Assembly: GCA_964651045.1 (NCBI GenBank) | Contig: CAZYVD010000006.1 | Span: 8,570 to 72,569, forward strand | Reading direction: 5' to 3' | DNA from: an uncultured bacterium | Lineage (GTDB): Bacteria > Zhuqueibacterota > QNDG01 > DSAB01 | DNA: 64,000 nt | Shown: piece after piece, positions 30,292 through 40,015 of the stretch | Numbering within the stretch: the first letter of the stretch is position 1 | How the letters are laid out: each line of letters begins with the position of its first letter | Notes under the pieces: generated by a model | Databases searched by the model: none | Seen by the model: only the letters and a program-made list of their open reading frames with translations | What the model was told of the DNA's origin: nothing | Made by a program: the position numbers and the translations under genes

Positions 30292-30950
30292 AAACGAAAT
30301 CAATATTTAAACAATCTCTCCCTATATTGTGTGTAGAGGTGATATTGACATCTGTATCGATTTTAATTTATCTATGGATTAGATCGTTTTTCATTTTATT
30401 AATTTGTATAGTGTTTGTAATTTTTATAATAGCAACGATTTACTTTTTCAGAAATCCAGAAAGAAATATAATAAAGGGAGAGGATCTGATTCTATCACCG
30501 GCAGATGGGAAAATAACAGATATAAAGAAGTCTGATTCTCTCCCTGTTTCAGAGAATAGATTCCAGAGATTGAGTATATTCCTTTCCTTATGGAATGTAC
30601 ACGTCAATCGAATACCTGTCTCAGGAAGAGTCATATATATGGAACATAGGGAGGGGAGTTTTTTACCCGCATTTCTTAAAAAGTCGGGATCAAAGAATCA
30701 GCAGACAATAATAGGAATAGATGGAAGTATAGGGATTGTCTATATTAAACAAATAGCAGGACTGTTTGCACGGAGAATTGTTTGTGATCTTAATATTGGA
30801 GACTATGTGGAACAGGGGCAGCTCTTTGGGATGATAAAGTTTGGATCAAGGATAGATCTTTATCTGCCTGGATCTGTGACATTAGTGGTAAACATAGGAG
30901 ACAGGGTGGTTGCTGGTGAGAGTATCATCGGAAGGGTTTACAATGGATAG
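30279..30950 (+). CDS. psd: Phosphatidylserine decarboxylase (small-type proenzyme)
   Basis: Psd family motifs including the FGSR self-cleavage site near the C-terminus. Overlaps purC by 13 nt. Confidence 0.7.
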   Translation: MCKMKTKSIFKQSLPILCVEVILTSVSILIYLWIRSFFILLICIVFVIFIIATIYFFRNPERNIIKGEDLILSPADGKITDIKKSDSLPVSENRFQRLSIFLSLWNVHVNRIPVSGRVIYMEHREGSFLPAFLKKSGSKNQQTIIGIDGSIGIVYIKQIAGLFARRIVCDLNIGDYVEQGQLFGMIKFGSRIDLYLPGSVTLVVNIGDRVVAGESIIGRVYNG

Positions 30951-31671
30951 AATAGATTTTTTTCTTCCGAGCATGTTCACTGCTCTAAATCTATTTTTTG
31001 GGTTCTTTTCGATCGTAAGTGTTATCGAAGGGAACTTAAGTGCTGCAGCATGGTATATAATTTTAGCAGTTCTATTTGATGGGATGGATGGAAAACTAGC
31101 TCGGTGGGCCGGGAGCGAAACAAAAATGGGGTATGAGTTTGATTCATTTGCTGATTTTGTGTCTGCAGGAATAGCACCTGCATTATTGGCTTACAGAGGA
31201 GGTCTATACTCATTTCATATTTTTGGTATGTTTATCTGCTTCCTATTTGTATTTTGTGGATGTTATCGACTGGTAAGATTTAATGTTATACAGGGAGGAA
31301 GTAGGGAGGAGGGTTATATAGGACTACCAATTCCAATAGCTGGTATAACTATAGCTTCACTGTGGATATTCGATCCACCATTTAAGTGGCATATATTTTC
31401 TGGGGAGTGGGTGATTGTTATAATTTTTCTGGCTCTTCTCATGGTGAGCAGTGTCCATTTTCAGTGGCCAACTATTGATTTTAAAAGAGGATGGAAGAAG
31501 AGAGCCTCCTCATGCGGAATACTCTTTGCAATATTGATGATGGCCCTTTATCCAAACTGGACTCTTCTACCCATATTTATTTTTTATATAATTCTATCAT
31601 TGAAGTCATGGTTTATTGATTACTTAAAGGGAAATGTAAAATTGAAGGAATTTTTCATAACCACGAGATAA
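30910..31671 (+). CDS. pssA: CDP-diacylglycerol--serine O-phosphatidyltransferase (CDP-alcohol phosphatidyltransferase family)
   Basis: D(G)xxAR...G...D motif: DGMDGKLARWAGSETKMGYEFDSFADFV. Confidence 0.8.
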   Translation: MLVRVSSEGFTMDRIDFFLPSMFTALNLFFGFFSIVSVIEGNLSAAAWYIILAVLFDGMDGKLARWAGSETKMGYEFDSFADFVSAGIAPALLAYRGGLYSFHIFGMFICFLFVFCGCYRLVRFNVIQGGSREEGYIGLPIPIAGITIASLWIFDPPFKWHIFSGEWVIVIIFLALLMVSSVHFQWPTIDFKRGWKKRASSCGILFAILMMALYPNWTLLPIFIFYIILSLKSWFIDYLKGNVKLKEFFITTR

Positions 31672-31677
31672 TGAAGA

Positions 31678-31890
31678 ATGTTTGGTTCAATCGGAACATA
31701 TGAAATTTTCATAATACTCTTAATTGTTCTTCTTCTCTTTGGAAGCAAGGAAATGCCAAAGATTGCAAGAAAGGTAGGCAAGAGTATAAATGACTTAAAG
31801 AGAGCAACACAAGACATACAGGATGAATTTAAAAACATATTGGATGAGGATGATGATGAGCATAACGACAGAGATGATTTATTAGGATAA
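31678..31890 (+). CDS. tatA: Twin-arginine translocase subunit TatA/E (copy 1, acidic C-tail)
   Basis: TM helix plus hinge FGSKEMPKIARKVGKSINDLKRA. Confidence 0.75.
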   Translation: MFGSIGTYEIFIILLIVLLLFGSKEMPKIARKVGKSINDLKRATQDIQDEFKNILDEDDDEHNDRDDLLG

Positions 31891-31918
31891 TTTTTTAAAT
31901 ATTAGGAGGATACTAATA

Positions 31919-32128
31919 ATGTGGCCAGGACATATGGAAATAATAATAATCGTACTCGTTATTATTCTTCTGTTTGGTGCTAAAAAGATCCCTGAACTTG
32001 CCAGGGGTCTGGGGCGTGGTATTAGAGAATTCAAAGATGGGATGAGAAGCATAAACGATGAAACAAAAGAGTTAAAGGATGGAATGGAGAAGGGAGAAGA
32101 GAATAGACCAGAGAACAAAGAGAAGTAG
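31919..32128 (+). CDS. tatA: Twin-arginine translocase subunit TatA/E (copy 2, possibly TatB-like)
   Basis: LLFGAKKIPELARGLGRGIREFKDG. Confidence 0.75.
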   Translation: MWPGHMEIIIIVLVIILLFGAKKIPELARGLGRGIREFKDGMRSINDETKELKDGMEKGEENRPENKEK

Positions 32129-32255
32129 ATGAATATGTATGGATAGTGAATTAATTTGGCAATATCTTGTTCACATTACTCCTGCTTTTTGTTGATCAGA
32201 ATTTATGGATAGATGAGTATTCGGCTATCCACAATACTTTTTTAAATTTATTGTT

Positions 32256-32756
32256 TTGCATAGGAGTTTTATCATGGTATTGAAGGTTATAACCATTGAG
32301 AAACCCGATGAGATAAATTTCATTTTAGGTCAGTCACACTTTATAAAAACAGTGGAAGATATTCATGAGGCAATGGTACAGACTGTTCCCGAAATAAGGT
32401 TTGGGTTGGCGTTTTGTGAGGCATCAGGACCCCGTCTAATCAGATATACAGGGACAGAAGAATCATTAATAGAACTGGCAAAGAGAAATGCAATGAAAAT
32501 CGGAGCAGGGCACAGTTTCATTCTTTTTCTTAAGAATGCATTTCCAATAAATGTAATGCCGGTATTAAAAAATCTTCCGGAAATATGCAGGATTTTTTGT
32601 GCTACTGCCAACACTACTCAGGTAATAATTGCGGAAAGTGATCAGGGTAGAGGAATACTTGGGGTAATTGATGGCAATTCTCCATTAGATGTAGAAGGGG
32701 AAGATGACATAATAAAGAGAAAAGAATTCTTGCGAAATATAGGATACAAGCTATAA
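32256..32756 (+). CDS. Small conserved protein, possibly adenosine-specific-kinase-like (PF04008-like); function uncertain
   Basis: About 160 aa with no TM. Assignment is from weak recall of the family pattern only. Confidence 0.3.
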   Translation: MHRSFIMVLKVITIEKPDEINFILGQSHFIKTVEDIHEAMVQTVPEIRFGLAFCEASGPRLIRYTGTEESLIELAKRNAMKIGAGHSFILFLKNAFPINVMPVLKNLPEICRIFCATANTTQVIIAESDQGRGILGVIDGNSPLDVEGEDDIIKRKEFLRNIGYKL

Positions 32757-32758
32757 TT

Positions 32759-33511
32759 ATGGACGAGAAAAAAGATTTAAACGGCTCACAAAAGAAGATT
32801 CCCGATACTACCCTTCAGACTCTTGCAAAGAATCTATATAGAGAGACTTTCAAATATGGTTTCTCAAAGACCGATTACGTCAGATTTGTAAATGTCTTAT
32901 TGGATTATGCGATGGGACCTGAGGGAGAAAAAGATAGAAAAAATAATAATCAACAATCCAGCAGAAAATCTTTTGACATATCATCTCCCGCAACACTTCC
33001 TTTAAAGGGAAAACGCATAATAATAAGAAGTTTTGATGAAAAGAGCGATCGAAAGATTTTGAGTGAGTGGGTAAAGGATGATAAGGGGCGCCAGTTTCTA
33101 ATATCTAGAACCACTGCAAAAAAGATCACACTGAATAGGCTATTGGAAGGCGAGGAGAACATAATAGGCATAATAACACTTATAGATGGGACCCCTATTG
33201 GCGCGGTTGCCTTTCTGGATTATAATGTTCAACATTTCAGAGCAGAACTGAGAAAGTTGATTGGAAGAAAAGATATGCGCGGAAAGGGTTATGCGAAGGA
33301 GGCTTCAGAGATGTGGATTCGATATGGATTTTCTACACTGGATTTGGAAAAGATATATTTAAATACTTTTGATACAAACATAAGAAACATAAGGTTAAAT
33401 GAAGAGCTTGGTTTTAGAGTAGAAGGAATACTGCGCAAGGAAGTATTTGTAGATGGTGAGTATAGGGATGTTCTGAGGATGGGACTTTGCAAGGAGGATA
33501 TTGTTAGATAA
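32759..33511 (+). CDS. GNAT-family N-acetyltransferase with an N-terminal extension
   Basis: Acetyl-CoA-binding motif (RGKGYAKEA) in the C-terminal half. Confidence 0.55.
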   Translation: MDEKKDLNGSQKKIPDTTLQTLAKNLYRETFKYGFSKTDYVRFVNVLLDYAMGPEGEKDRKNNNQQSSRKSFDISSPATLPLKGKRIIIRSFDEKSDRKILSEWVKDDKGRQFLISRTTAKKITLNRLLEGEENIIGIITLIDGTPIGAVAFLDYNVQHFRAELRKLIGRKDMRGKGYAKEASEMWIRYGFSTLDLEKIYLNTFDTNIRNIRLNEELGFRVEGILRKEVFVDGEYRDVLRMGLCKEDIVR

Positions 33512-33515
33512 ATAA

Positions 33516-34625
33516 CTATTTTGTTACTTTTTTTATGGCCTCGATTAGTTTTCTTGAGATCTCTTTTTTATAATAAGTAAAATTCTTTTTAGAATCTTCA
33601 ATTAAATCCGCCCATAGAAGTGATCCTGAAGTTGGATCAATCATTCTGATTGAGACCGAATGAACTATTAACTTCTCACCGTATGATTTATAGCTGAATC
33701 TAACCTTTGTAGCAATTATTGCATCAAGATTAAACATGGGGGCTCCACGCATGGCTATATCCATTTTTGATATCTGGTCAATAGATGTATAAGTTTTAGA
33801 GGATGATTTGTTTAATGATTCTTCTTCATATTTTACATAAAGAGAATCGTATATCTTGTTCCAGTTTATTACTTTTATTCCTGAATTTATCAAGGAGATC
33901 TTTATTGCTGTGTTAAGCTCTTCTTCAACCAAATTTTCATTTTTGATTATTGTAACCCTACTTATCGACTTTTGTGGTTCTTCATTCTTAATGATTTTAT
34001 CAATATCGGTAAGATCGACATTCTTATTACTTGTGGCTTGAATTTCCTCTAAATCACCACTCAAAACATTTACCTGATCTCCTGCCTTTTCATGTTTAAC
34101 CCTTGGCAAGAGCAGTAGCGTACCAACTCCAATGGAAAAATATTTATGATCTTTATTGATAAAAGATGCACCTCCTTTTAGTAAGACTTTTAGAGATGCT
34201 GAAATAGGAATTTCTACCCCTAAGATTCCCCTTAATTCTCCCTGAATTTTCTCATTACTAAATATATGCCATTGATTGTTGATATCGCGAGTGACCTCTC
34301 TGTGGAAACAGTAGGATGCTCCATATCCTGTAGAAAGGAAAAATGGACCAAAAAGCTTCAACCGCAGCATTGGAATTATAGAGAAACGAGTATGAAGTAT
34401 ATAGCCCCCATTTCCCGAAATGGGAGGATAACTTCTCATTGTTCCATCAGCACTTATTAAAAACCAATTTGATGAAATAGAAATTTCCGGGGCTGCTGTT
34501 ATTATCCATCTGTTACTGAGGTTGTTGTTGCAGCCCCTTATTCCAAGATAGATCTGTCCCCTAAGACACCCCCATATTAGGGATGTGAAAATTATCAGAA
34601 TTAGGTAGTGGCTTCGTCGATACAT
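33516..34625 (-). CDS. Hypothetical exported protein
   Basis: N-terminal hydrophobic signal; no recognised motifs. Confidence 0.4.
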   Translation of the reverse strand: MYRRSHYLILIIFTSLIWGCLRGQIYLGIRGCNNNLSNRWIITAAPEISISSNWFLISADGTMRSYPPISGNGGYILHTRFSIIPMLRLKLFGPFFLSTGYGASYCFHREVTRDINNQWHIFSNEKIQGELRGILGVEIPISASLKVLLKGGASFINKDHKYFSIGVGTLLLLPRVKHEKAGDQVNVLSGDLEEIQATSNKNVDLTDIDKIIKNEEPQKSISRVTIIKNENLVEEELNTAIKISLINSGIKVINWNKIYDSLYVKYEEESLNKSSSKTYTSIDQISKMDIAMRGAPMFNLDAIIATKVRFSYKSYGEKLIVHSVSIRMIDPTSGSLLWADLIEDSKKNFTYYKKEISRKLIEAIKKVTK

Positions 34626-34836
34626 TATTCCCCCCGCGGCAGAATCAAAACAGTACTTGAATCATTGCAAATACTTTGCCAAATAAAAAATAGTCATTTA
34701 TTATATATATAATCTCTAATAAATTAATAAGTTATCAAAACTTATGAAATGAATATTCTAAGATTGATATATGGCTGGATATTTACCAGTAATAGAATAG
34801 TGCCATTTCCCTGAAACAAGATAGATATTCAATTCT

Positions 34837-35724
34837 TCATGAATGCAGTTCTGAGAGTATATCAATAGAAATTTCGAATAACTCTTCAGGCGTAAATTTT
34901 TCCCCCTCATGTTCTGGCGGATCTGCATCCCATGAATTTGCTGCGATTGAATCGTTTGCTATTAAAAGGGCAGCAATATTTTTTTTATAGAATTTCGCTA
35001 TAGAGAACAGGGCAGATGATTCCATATCAACGGCCAGACAGCCTTCACACTTGAGTCTTTTAATCTTCGAAGGAGTCTCTCTATAGGGTGCATCTGTTGT
35101 CCATACCTTTCCAATGCGATAATCTATCGATCTTGAGGCAAATATATATTCTATCAAATCTGTTAAATGTTTTGAGGGGTATGAATATCGTTTTGGCTCC
35201 TCATAATGAAAAGATGTGCCCTCATCTCTAACGGCTTCATTTGGTATTATGATTTCTCCCCTTTTAATGCTTTCATTTACTATTCCAGCTGGGCCAAAAG
35301 AGAGTATCCATTTCCCGCCAAGTGAGATTGTCTCATCCAGAAAACAGCCGCTTTGAGGTGCTCCAACGCCTGGATATATAAATGAGAATTTTTTACCGTT
35401 CTTCTCAAATATATAATAGGGATGTTTTTTGTTTATTTTATCAATTACTGCAGGCCTGTATTTATCCTTTATGTATCTATATATGTATGGGTAAAATCCG
35501 AATATACAATATTCTGGAAGAGTTATACTTTTGATTTTTGATTTTATGGTGCGAAATCGTATGAAATCGCTTGCCTTCAAGACAGATTTCTCATCAAGAT
35601 CTGATTTTAAAAGTTCAATCTCTTTCACGAGATTAATCCATATTAAATTTACATATAAGATAAATAAATTGATTGTGAAGCACAAGAAGGAATTTAAATC
35701 ACAATAGTACGATTTCACTTGCAA
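34837..35724 (-). CDS. Nucleoside phosphorylase (PNP/UDP/MTA nucleosidase family) domain protein with an N-terminal extension
   Basis: C-terminal motif VDMESSALFSIA resembles the catalytic (V/I)EMEGAA motif of MTA/SAH nucleosidases and futalosine hydrolases. Confidence 0.55.
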   Translation of the reverse strand: MQVKSYYCDLNSFLCFTINLFILYVNLIWINLVKEIELLKSDLDEKSVLKASDFIRFRTIKSKIKSITLPEYCIFGFYPYIYRYIKDKYRPAVIDKINKKHPYYIFEKNGKKFSFIYPGVGAPQSGCFLDETISLGGKWILSFGPAGIVNESIKRGEIIIPNEAVRDEGTSFHYEEPKRYSYPSKHLTDLIEYIFASRSIDYRIGKVWTTDAPYRETPSKIKRLKCEGCLAVDMESSALFSIAKFYKKNIAALLIANDSIAANSWDADPPEHEGEKFTPEELFEISIDILSELHS

Positions 35725-35868
35725 AATTCATTAATATGATATATATTTTTTTCCCGTAAAATGTGATAAATAATCGGCCAGGATTATTATAATACTAACA
35801 GAACAGGAGGATCGCTTAACATATTGTACTATAATTACTTAGCATTAATAAAAAAATTTTTTATTTTC

Positions 35869-35884
35869 TGGCAATATATTTGCA
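35869..35884 (+). promoter_or_regulatory. Strong candidate sigma-54 promoter (TGGCAA-N5-TTGCA) upstream of the OmpA-like/YbgF-TPR gene
   Basis: GG-N10-GC spacing exact. The -12 TTGCA is perfect and the -24 is TGGCAA. It lies 40 nt upstream of the start at 35925. Confidence 0.5.
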
Positions 35885-35924
35885 TAATTAATAACGAATC
35901 GATTTATGCCTGTGGGAGGATATT

Positions 35925-37277
35925 ATGAATTTCAAGAGTGGTATTTTAATTTTCTTCTTTTTGCTGATTCCATTCTACCTTAATGCGCAGAATTTTTTTG
36001 ATAAAATTACCCATCCAGATGAATTTGGTGTTGGGTTTGTCGCTACACACCAGGATGGCCTTGGAGCGACAACGGCGGCTGGTCCTGGCGGTGAGATATT
36101 TTTAAAATATAATATTTCACCAAGAGTATTTTTTACCTTTGGCGGTGGAATAAGTACAATAACAGATGAGCTATTGAAATCTAACACTTTTACTACAACC
36201 CTTCTACCAAATGTTGAATTAAAACTCGGTGTAAATCTAATCAGATATGGTAATTTTAAGCCGTTTATTTTTGGTGGATTACACGCTTTTGGTTGGAAAT
36301 CCACCGTAACTGTTGCTACTATATCGAGTTCGACCGGTCCATATTACGATGGAGGTGTAATTATTGGTGGTGGTGCAAGTTTACGAGTAAACGATAAATT
36401 ATCTATTTTTGCAAGCGGTGATTATCGGTATAATTTAACAGCTTCTGTTGATCCTAAACCGCAGTATTATACTGCAAAAGGTGGAATATCATACGCCATG
36501 GGTTACCAGCCATCGGTTAAAAAGGAGGAGATAGAGTATCCACTGAATAAGGATGAACTTGTACTTGAGGATCTGTTTAAGGAAGAAAAGAGTGGGGATG
36601 TAACTAAAGAGGATCAGGATGCACTTTCACTGCTTTTCCAGTCAGAGACAGATACAGAGACGGCTGCTGCTACCGAAGAGGGTTATTATGATAATACTCT
36701 TCCCACAAAGAGTTATCCAAATACAGAAATTGGCAAGTTAATGGAAACAATAGATGATTTAAAGTCCACAATAGAGAAGCGTGAAAAACAGATTATGGAA
36801 CTCCAGGATCAGGTGAGAGCAAACGAAAAAGCAATAGCTGAAATAACAAGGAGAAGCGCTGTCCAGTATACAACAGGTTCTTCAGGATCGTTTGGAGTAG
36901 AAGATACAGAAATGTTCAAACAGAGATACAAGCTTGGACTTCAAAATTTTTATAACAAAAATTTTAATGAGGCAATAAAGATTTTCAGTTCACTTTTGAG
37001 TTCTAATCCAGATCATAGATTGGCAAGCAATTGTCAGTACTGGATCGGTGAATGCTACAATGCAATGAAAGATTATAGAAAGGCTATTGAAGCATTTACG
37101 CAAGTACTAAATTACAGATATTCATATAAACTCGATGATGCTTTATTGATGAGCGGAATCTGCAACCTTAAGATTGGAAATAGGATTACAGCAAGAGAAA
37201 AATTCCAGGAGCTGCTCAGCAGATTTCCTGAAAGCGAATATGCACCAAAGGCAATAAGATATCTTGGAAGATTGTAG
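35925..37277 (+). CDS. Envelope protein: N-terminal OmpA-like beta-barrel region, central coiled coil, C-terminal YbgF/CpoB-type TPR domain
   Basis: Signal peptide; Gly/aromatic-rich beta-strand region; coiled-coil segment (KLMETIDDLKSTIEKREKQIMELQDQVRANEKAIAEI); TPR repeats with the YbgF-like end (ESEYAPKAIRYLG). Confidence 0.55.
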   Translation: MNFKSGILIFFFLLIPFYLNAQNFFDKITHPDEFGVGFVATHQDGLGATTAAGPGGEIFLKYNISPRVFFTFGGGISTITDELLKSNTFTTTLLPNVELKLGVNLIRYGNFKPFIFGGLHAFGWKSTVTVATISSSTGPYYDGGVIIGGGASLRVNDKLSIFASGDYRYNLTASVDPKPQYYTAKGGISYAMGYQPSVKKEEIEYPLNKDELVLEDLFKEEKSGDVTKEDQDALSLLFQSETDTETAAATEEGYYDNTLPTKSYPNTEIGKLMETIDDLKSTIEKREKQIMELQDQVRANEKAIAEITRRSAVQYTTGSSGSFGVEDTEMFKQRYKLGLQNFYNKNFNEAIKIFSSLLSSNPDHRLASNCQYWIGECYNAMKDYRKAIEAFTQVLNYRYSYKLDDALLMSGICNLKIGNRITAREKFQELLSRFPESEYAPKAIRYLGRL

Positions 37278-37301
37278 TTTAGAATAACAAGAGACAGGAG
37301 A

Positions 37302-37332
37302 GGCCGTAAAAGTAAATTTTACGGCCTTTTTT
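37302..37332. terminator. Bidirectional rho-independent terminator (10-bp stem GGCCGTAAAA/TTTTACGGCC, then TTTTTT)
   Basis: Perfect 10-bp stem with a 5-nt loop and flanking T/A runs, between convergent transcription units. Confidence 0.6.
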
Positions 37333-37334
37333 AA

Positions 37335-37870
37335 TTAAATCCTTTTCAATACAATCAAGGCAGTATCATCCATTTGAGGAGAATCTCCTCTGTGAATTTT
37401 CAGAGATTTAATGATTGAGTCAAAAATTTCATTTGCTGGATTATCTCTATTTAAAATGATCGTTTCAAGGAGTCTGTGCTCTCCGAAAACTACTCTTATT
37501 CTGGGTTTAGTGCATCTGCTACTCCATCGGTGTAGATGATCTAAGCCATTTAAAAAACAGTTGTCTCATCTGGATATATTAGGATTTTCTTTTAGAAGGA
37601 GCTTTTTCTGAATAATCGAGGCAAGACGATTCTCTCCTGCATGCGTAGAAGCGGTTGTTCCTCTTTGTATAGTCGGGCATTTTCAATTATCTGAGCAGAT
37701 TGAGCAGCAATGATGGAGAGTATTCTTTGATCGTCACTTGTAAATTTTAATCCATACTTCTCATTTATTACGGTAAGAATTGGTATTAACTCTGATTTAA
37801 GAATCGATGGTACACAGATTAAGGATTTTATTAAATCATTCCAATCTATCCCTATGCTAGTTTCAATTTT
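37335..37870 (-). pseudogene. Decayed remnant of a GAF-PP2C (SpoIIE/RsbU-type) serine phosphatase gene: no start codon, internal frameshift and stops
   Basis: Minus-strand translation gives a GAF-domain tail (ILSIIAAQSAQIIENARLYKEEQ) and then, in a different frame, PP2C C-terminal motifs (IIYTDGVADALNPE ... DDTALIVLKRI-stop). An in-frame TGA lies upstream and there is no ATG. Confidence 0.45.
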
Positions 37871-37929
37871 TCATTTTCACGAAGAAATTTATTTATCTAT
37901 TGTGTCATGCTGGCATTTAAAAAATGTAA

Positions 37930-38733
37930 TTAACCTTTATTAACTCCACCAGTCGATTTAAATTCTTCTTCCCATTTTTTATCGCTCTCCCTTTTCTTTT
38001 TATATCCTAATACGGCTATCCATATGCTGATTTCATATAAGAATATTAATGGGAATGCCATTAACAGTTGACTGAGGGGGTCTGGAGGTGTAACAATTGC
38101 ACCAAAAATAAAGATCAGCACTATTGCATATTTGCGATATTTTCTCATAAAAGTGGGTTTTAATATGCCTGTGCGAGAAAATACGAATGATAGTATTGGA
38201 AGTTCAAATATAAGCCCGGATACCAGAATCAGTCGAAGTACGAAGCTCATATACTCGTTTATGTTTATTGTGGCTTCGATTGTTTCTGTCCCCATGCTGA
38301 ATAGAAATGGAAGAACCGTGGGTATCAAAATAAAGTATGCAAAGCAGAGTCCAACAAGGAAGCAGAATGTGGTTACCAGAAGAGAGGGAAGAAAAAACTT
38401 TTTTTCCTTTGGCAGAAGACCTGGTGAAATAAATTTCCATATCTGATAAAAAATTACTGGAAGGGATACTATTATTCCCGATACTAATGCTATCTGCATT
38501 CTGACCATAAGCATTCCTGTAGGTTTGAGGAATATGAGTTTTGCAGGCTCTCTTAATCTGTCGTTGGGGAGTGTCAGAAGTTTCAGCACCTTTCCAGTAA
38601 AAGGGAATGACACAAATGTGAACAATGCAACAGAGCCGAGACTCTTTAGTATGCGCCATCTCAGCTCTTCGAGGTGATCGAGAAAGGGCATCTCAATTTT
38701 ATTGTATTCATGTTTTTTTTCTTTCCGTCTCAT
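37930..38733 (-). CDS. tatC: Twin-arginine translocase subunit TatC
   Basis: MPFLDHLEELRWRILKSL... six TM helices; 9-nt gap after rnfA. Confidence 0.85.
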   Translation of the reverse strand: MRRKEKKHEYNKIEMPFLDHLEELRWRILKSLGSVALFTFVSFPFTGKVLKLLTLPNDRLREPAKLIFLKPTGMLMVRMQIALVSGIIVSLPVIFYQIWKFISPGLLPKEKKFFLPSLLVTTFCFLVGLCFAYFILIPTVLPFLFSMGTETIEATININEYMSFVLRLILVSGLIFELPILSFVFSRTGILKPTFMRKYRKYAIVLIFIFGAIVTPPDPLSQLLMAFPLIFLYEISIWIAVLGYKKKRESDKKWEEEFKSTGGVNKG

Positions 38734-38742
38734 TATAAATAA

Positions 38743-39378
38743 TTACACTTTTAGCCCAGAAAATCCAAAGAATGCGAGTGACATACAGCCGGCCATGATA
38801 AAAGCAATTGGAGCTCCACGCATTGCTTTTGGGACCCTGGCCAGTTCGAGCCTCTCTCGAAGGCCTGCCATGAGGATAAGTGCAAGCGTGAATCCGATAC
38901 CAGAAGTAAATCCATTTACTATGCTTTGAATGAAGCCATATTCTGAATCGATATTCAGCAGCGATACTCCGAGTACGGCACAGTTTGTTGTTATTAGAGG
39001 CAGGTAGATTCCGAGCGACCTGTACAGTCCTGGACTTATCTTCTGTATGACCATTTCTACAAATTGAACAAGTGCGGCAATAACAAGAATAAAAGAGATT
39101 GTTCTAAGAAATGTCAAATCTGGTGGTGAACCATTACCTTTTAAAAAGATTTTATAAATAATATTGTTGGAACTCGGAACGAGGCAGTAGTTGTATATAC
39201 CCCATGTTGCCATGGAGGCCATTGTCATTACAAAGATTACAGCCATTCCCATTCCGAGTGCAGAATCGAGCTGTTTTGATACGCCAATGTATGGACAAAT
39301 TCCTAAAAATTTTGAAAGTACAAAATTTGATACAAATATGGCTCCGATTGCAATTATGATTAGAGATTGAAATTCCAT
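38743..39378 (-). CDS. rnfA: Rnf complex subunit A
   Basis: VSNFVLSKFLGICPYIGVS... RnfA/NqrE family pattern. Confidence 0.8.
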   Translation of the reverse strand: MEFQSLIIIAIGAIFVSNFVLSKFLGICPYIGVSKQLDSALGMGMAVIFVMTMASMATWGIYNYCLVPSSNNIIYKIFLKGNGSPPDLTFLRTISFILVIAALVQFVEMVIQKISPGLYRSLGIYLPLITTNCAVLGVSLLNIDSEYGFIQSIVNGFTSGIGFTLALILMAGLRERLELARVPKAMRGAPIAFIMAGCMSLAFFGFSGLKV

Positions 39379-39380
39379 TT

Positions 39381-39986
39381 TTAACCTCTCAAATTGTTTT
39401 TACGATTTTCGATCCAATTGAAAAATCCCATTAAGAAACCGATTGTAAGAAATGCTCCTGGTGCCAATATCATGAGTAGAGCAGGCTGAAAGTTCTGGCA
39501 AAATACTGTTATTCCCAGCCATGAGCCGTTTCCAAGTATTTCCCTGAATGTGGCAATTGTAATGAGGGCAAGGGTAAATCCTATGCCCATACCAAGACCA
39601 TCCAAGATTGATAAAAATAGGCTATTTTTGCTTGCAAAGGCTTCGGCTCGTCCAAGAATAATACAATTAACAACTATGAGAGGAATAAAGATTCCTAGAG
39701 ATTTGTGAAGTGCTGGTGCAAAGGCTGCCATTGTGAGTTCTACTATTGTAACAAATGTAGCGATGATCGTTATGAATATTGGTATTCGAATCTTTTCTGG
39801 CACCAATTTTCTTATTATTGAAATCACAGAATTGGAACCAAGGAGGACAAAGGTTGCCGCGCTTCCCATTCCGATAGCGTTTTCAACAGAATTTGAAACT
39901 GCAAGTACAGGGCAAAGGCCCAGCATGAGCCTGAACACCGGGTTGCTCTTTGCTATTCCCTTTGAAAATTCCTTCCATACAGACAT
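39381..39986 (-). CDS. rnfE: Rnf complex subunit E
   Basis: NPVFRLMLGLCPVLAVSNSVENAIGMG... RnfE/NqrD pattern. Confidence 0.8.
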   Translation of the reverse strand: MSVWKEFSKGIAKSNPVFRLMLGLCPVLAVSNSVENAIGMGSAATFVLLGSNSVISIIRKLVPEKIRIPIFITIIATFVTIVELTMAAFAPALHKSLGIFIPLIVVNCIILGRAEAFASKNSLFLSILDGLGMGIGFTLALITIATFREILGNGSWLGITVFCQNFQPALLMILAPGAFLTIGFLMGFFNWIENRKNNLRG

Positions 39987-40015
39987 ATCATCTCCTCATC
40001 AAATATATTATATTG

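Noticed and set aside
32201-32243. Weak hairpin (GGATAG..CTATCC) plus T-run after the second tatA gene as a terminator
   Set aside because: Short 6-bp stem with a 12-nt loop and 7 nt between stem and T-run; too weak to call confidently.
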